DNA of 50,716 bases from Alphaproteobacteria bacterium (GTDB lineage: Bacteria > Pseudomonadota > Alphaproteobacteria > JAAXGF01). Below are positions 48,415-50,716 of this stretch, piece after piece. The position numbers were made by a program, and so were the translations under genes. The notes under the pieces are model-generated. The model ran no database searches and had not been told where the DNA came from. It saw nothing but the letters and a program-made list of their open reading frames with translations. The first letter of the stretch is position 1. Every line of letters starts with the position of its first letter. The DNA lies in NCBI GenBank assembly GCA_046758065.1, contig JBHHZM010000003.1:1-50716 (forward strand). The letters are read 5' to 3'.

Positions 48415-48933
48415 TTATTTCTTGCGAAAGGCGTCGAGGGTGACGACCTTCGCGGCTTCGTCTTCTCCGTGGTCTCCGGCGTCGGCGTCCGCATCCTCGG
48501 CCGTCGCGCCGACGATCGCCGCGTCGGGCTCGCCCGGCGCGTCCGCTTCCGGGCCGTCGCCGGCCTCCGCCTCGGCGCCCGTCGTCTTGAACTGCAGGCC
48601 GAACTTGACGCTGGGATCGGCGAAGGCGGTGATCGCCTCGAGCGGGATGACCAGATGCTGGCGGCGTCCGCCGAAGCTCAAGGCAACGCCGATCGCCTCG
48701 TCGTCGACCGTGAGGTCCCAGAACTGGTGCTGGAGGACGATGGTGAGTTCCTCGGGATAGCGCGCGCGCAGGTCGTTGCCGAGCCGCACTCCCGGGTAAT
48801 CGGTGCGGAACGAGATATAGAAATGGTGGTCGCCCGGCAGGCCCTCCTCGATGGCGCGGCGCAGCGCCGCCACCACGACGCCGCGCAGGGCGCCGTCGAC
48901 GAGCCGGTCGTAGTGCATCAGGTCCGTGCCCAT
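48415..48933 (-). CDS. sspB: ClpXP adaptor SspB (alphaproteobacterial type)
   Basis: LPGDHHFYISF.T..PGV, YPEELTIVLQHQFW, FADPSV.FGLQF, acidic linker, C-terminal KVVTLDAFRKK; next to ssrA. Confidence 0.92.
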   Translation of the reverse strand: MGTDLMHYDRLVDGALRGVVVAALRRAIEEGLPGDHHFYISFRTDYPGVRLGNDLRARYPEELTIVLQHQFWDLTVDDEAIGVALSFGGRRQHLVIPLEAITAFADPSVKFGLQFKTTGAEAEAGDGPEADAPGEPDAAIVGATAEDADADAGDHGEDEAAKVVTLDAFRKK

Positions 48934-48972
48934 CTGTCCCCTCGGCGGCCGATGTGCGCCCAACGGTCGAAA

Positions 48973-49263
48973 GTGGGGGGCTTCTGTTGCCCGGTGCCCC
49001 CCGAACCGCGCTTGCCTAGTGATTAGGCAGCGAGTGCCAACTCATGGTTGTCATTGGCAGTTCTAGGTCGGCCCGATAACGGTGGTACCATGCCGGGCAA
49101 AAACCGTTCCTTTACCACGCGCGTCGATCCTGTTTCGCCCCCATGAAAGCCGCGGGTGCCTGCGCGCCCTGCGGCGAAACTTGGTGGAGGCGCCGGGTAC
49201 TGCCCCCGGGTCCGCTACGCTTATGCCGAACGGCGTTTATCGCCATAGCCGGCAAAAGCCGGC
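48973..49263 (-). ncRNA. ssrA: Circularly permuted two-piece tmRNA
   Basis: Acceptor piece ends GCCTCCACCA (49182); coding piece starts GGGGGCGAAACAGGATCGAC (49142); tag ANDNHELALAA* at 49058-49023; outer ends approximate. Confidence 0.95.
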
Positions 49264-49388
49264 ACAGGGAATATAGGGGTTTGCGAGGATCATTGAAAGG
49301 GCCGGTGCGACGCGGCGCGTTCGTATGGCCTTGCCTGGGGCAAGCGGTTAAAGTGCGCCTCCGATCCTTCCGAACGCGGGGACCCGCC

Positions 49389-50327
49389 ATGCGCCTGACG
49401 CCCGAACAGCGCGCCGAGATCGAGGCGAGCCGGGCCGAGACGCGCCCGACCCGGCGCACCGTCTCGCCCGGCCTCGAGGAAATTCTCTACCAGCCGATCC
49501 CGGTGCTCGACCACGGCTTCGTGCGCGTCATCGATTACATGGGCGACGACGGCGCGGTGGTGCAGGCGGCGCGCGTCTCTTACGGCTACGGCACCCGCAA
49601 GCTGCGCGAGGACCGCGGCCTGATCCGCTATCTCATGCGCCACCGGCACACCACGCCGTTCGAGATGTGCGAGATCAAGTATCATGTCAAACTGCCGATC
49701 TTCGTCGCGCGCCAGTGGATTCGCCACCGCACCGCCAACGTCAACGAGTACTCGGCGCGCTACTCGATCCTCGACCGCGAGTTCTATCTCCCCGCGCCCG
49801 AGCACCTCGGCGCCCAGTCGGCCGCCAACCGCCAGGGCCGCGGCGCGGTGCTCGAAGGCGCCGAGGCCGAGCGCGTCATGGAACTGCTGCGCGCCGACGC
49901 CGAGCGCGCTTACGATCACTACGGAGAGATGCTCAACGAGGACCGCGAAGGCAACGTCGTCGACCCCGCGCGGCAGGGGCTCGCCCGCGAGCTCGCGCGC
50001 ATGAACCTGAGCCTCAATTTCTATACCCAGTGGTACTGGAAGACTGACCTGCACAACCTGCTGCACTTCCTCAGCTTGCGCGCCGACGACCACGCCCAGT
50101 ACGAAATCCGCGCCTACGCGCGGGTGATGATCGAGACGGTCGAACGCTGGGTACCGGCGGTGTTCGAGGCCTTCATGGACTACCGCGCGGGCGGCGCCGA
50201 ACTCTCGGCCGCCGGTCTCGACGTGGTGAAGAGGCTCATTACCGGCGAGCGGGTCGGTCAGGAGGAGAGCGGGCTGTCGAAGCGCGAATGGCGCGAACTC
50301 ATGGCGCTGCTGGGGCGCGAGGCGTAG
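49389..50327 (+). CDS. thyX: FAD-dependent thymidylate synthase
   Basis: [27 protein letters not shown]...NEYSARY, RELAR. Confidence 0.96.
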   Translation: MRLTPEQRAEIEASRAETRPTRRTVSPGLEEILYQPIPVLDHGFVRVIDYMGDDGAVVQAARVSYGYGTRKLREDRGLIRYLMRHRHTTPFEMCEIKYHVKLPIFVARQWIRHRTANVNEYSARYSILDREFYLPAPEHLGAQSAANRQGRGAVLEGAEAERVMELLRADAERAYDHYGEMLNEDREGNVVDPARQGLARELARMNLSLNFYTQWYWKTDLHNLLHFLSLRADDHAQYEIRAYARVMIETVERWVPAVFEAFMDYRAGGAELSAAGLDVVKRLITGERVGQEESGLSKREWRELMALLGREA

Positions 50328-50354
50328 GGTTGGGCGCGACCCGCGCCCGGCGTC

Positions 50355-50716
50355 CTACTGGATGACGATCCTGGGCGCCGCGCGGCCGCCGTCTCCCAAC
50401 GCCGCATCGACCTTTTCGGCGATGCGCGCGGCGATGGCGCGGTAGGCTTCGGCCTGGGGACTCTCGGGCCGCGAAACGACGATCGGCTGGCCGCTATCGG
50501 AAGTCTCGCGGATTTCGATGTCGAGCGGCACCTCGCCGAGGAAATCGGCGCCCAGTTTCTCGGCCTCGCGGCGGGCGCCGCCGTGGCCGAAGATTTCGGC
50601 GCGCTGACCGCACCCGGGGCAGACGAAATAGCTCATGTTCTCGACGATGCCGAACACCGGGACGTCGACCTTGCGGAACATGTTGAGCCCCTTGCGCGCG
50701 TCCAGCAGCGCGATGT
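50355..50716 (-). CDS. mrp: Mrp/NBP35 (ApbC) Fe-S cluster carrier ATPase, C-terminal part (5' truncated by window)
   Basis: IALLDARKGLNMFRKVDVPVFGIVENMSYFVCP.CG...IFG.GGA. Confidence 0.93.
   Translation of the reverse strand, partial: IALLDARKGLNMFRKVDVPVFGIVENMSYFVCPGCGQRAEIFGHGGARREAEKLGADFLGEVPLDIEIRETSDSGQPIVVSRPESPQAEAYRAIAARIAEKVDAALGDGGRAAPRIVIQ

Overview
High-GC alphaproteobacterial chromosome segment; the gene order and two-piece tmRNA suggest a Rhodospirillales-like organism (inference). It is mostly core genome: glmM (partial), serC-serA-hisZ-purA, rpoH, rluD, threonine aldolase, a SPOR lipoprotein, tRNA-Glu(CTC), phoR-pstSCAB-phoU-phoB with a clear Pho box, bmt, a PleC/DivJ-type kinase, prmA, uvrD, a ClC channel, a D-lactate dehydrogenase-like oxidase, AsmA, fumC, sspB, permuted ssrA, thyX and mrp (partial). 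I saw no CRISPR array, integrase, transposase or phage genes. Best candidates for undescribed biology: (1) a DeoR-associated operon of an orphan phosphate-binding TIM barrel, a glycerol-1-phosphate dehydrogenase-family enzyme and a HAD-IIB phosphatase; (2) a tiny sRNA candidate between convergent genes with tandem CtrA-type boxes, a -10 and a terminator, one of several CtrA-type sites here; (3) a DUF4169 protein whose N-terminus resembles the ClpX-binding tail of the nearby SspB; (4) an accessory patch of orphans (cytochrome P460-like lipoprotein, SprT-like protease with an FNR-type box, HTH/coiled-coil protein); (5) a MITE-like element with a nested REP-like palindrome. All family calls come from reading motifs by eye, not from database searches.
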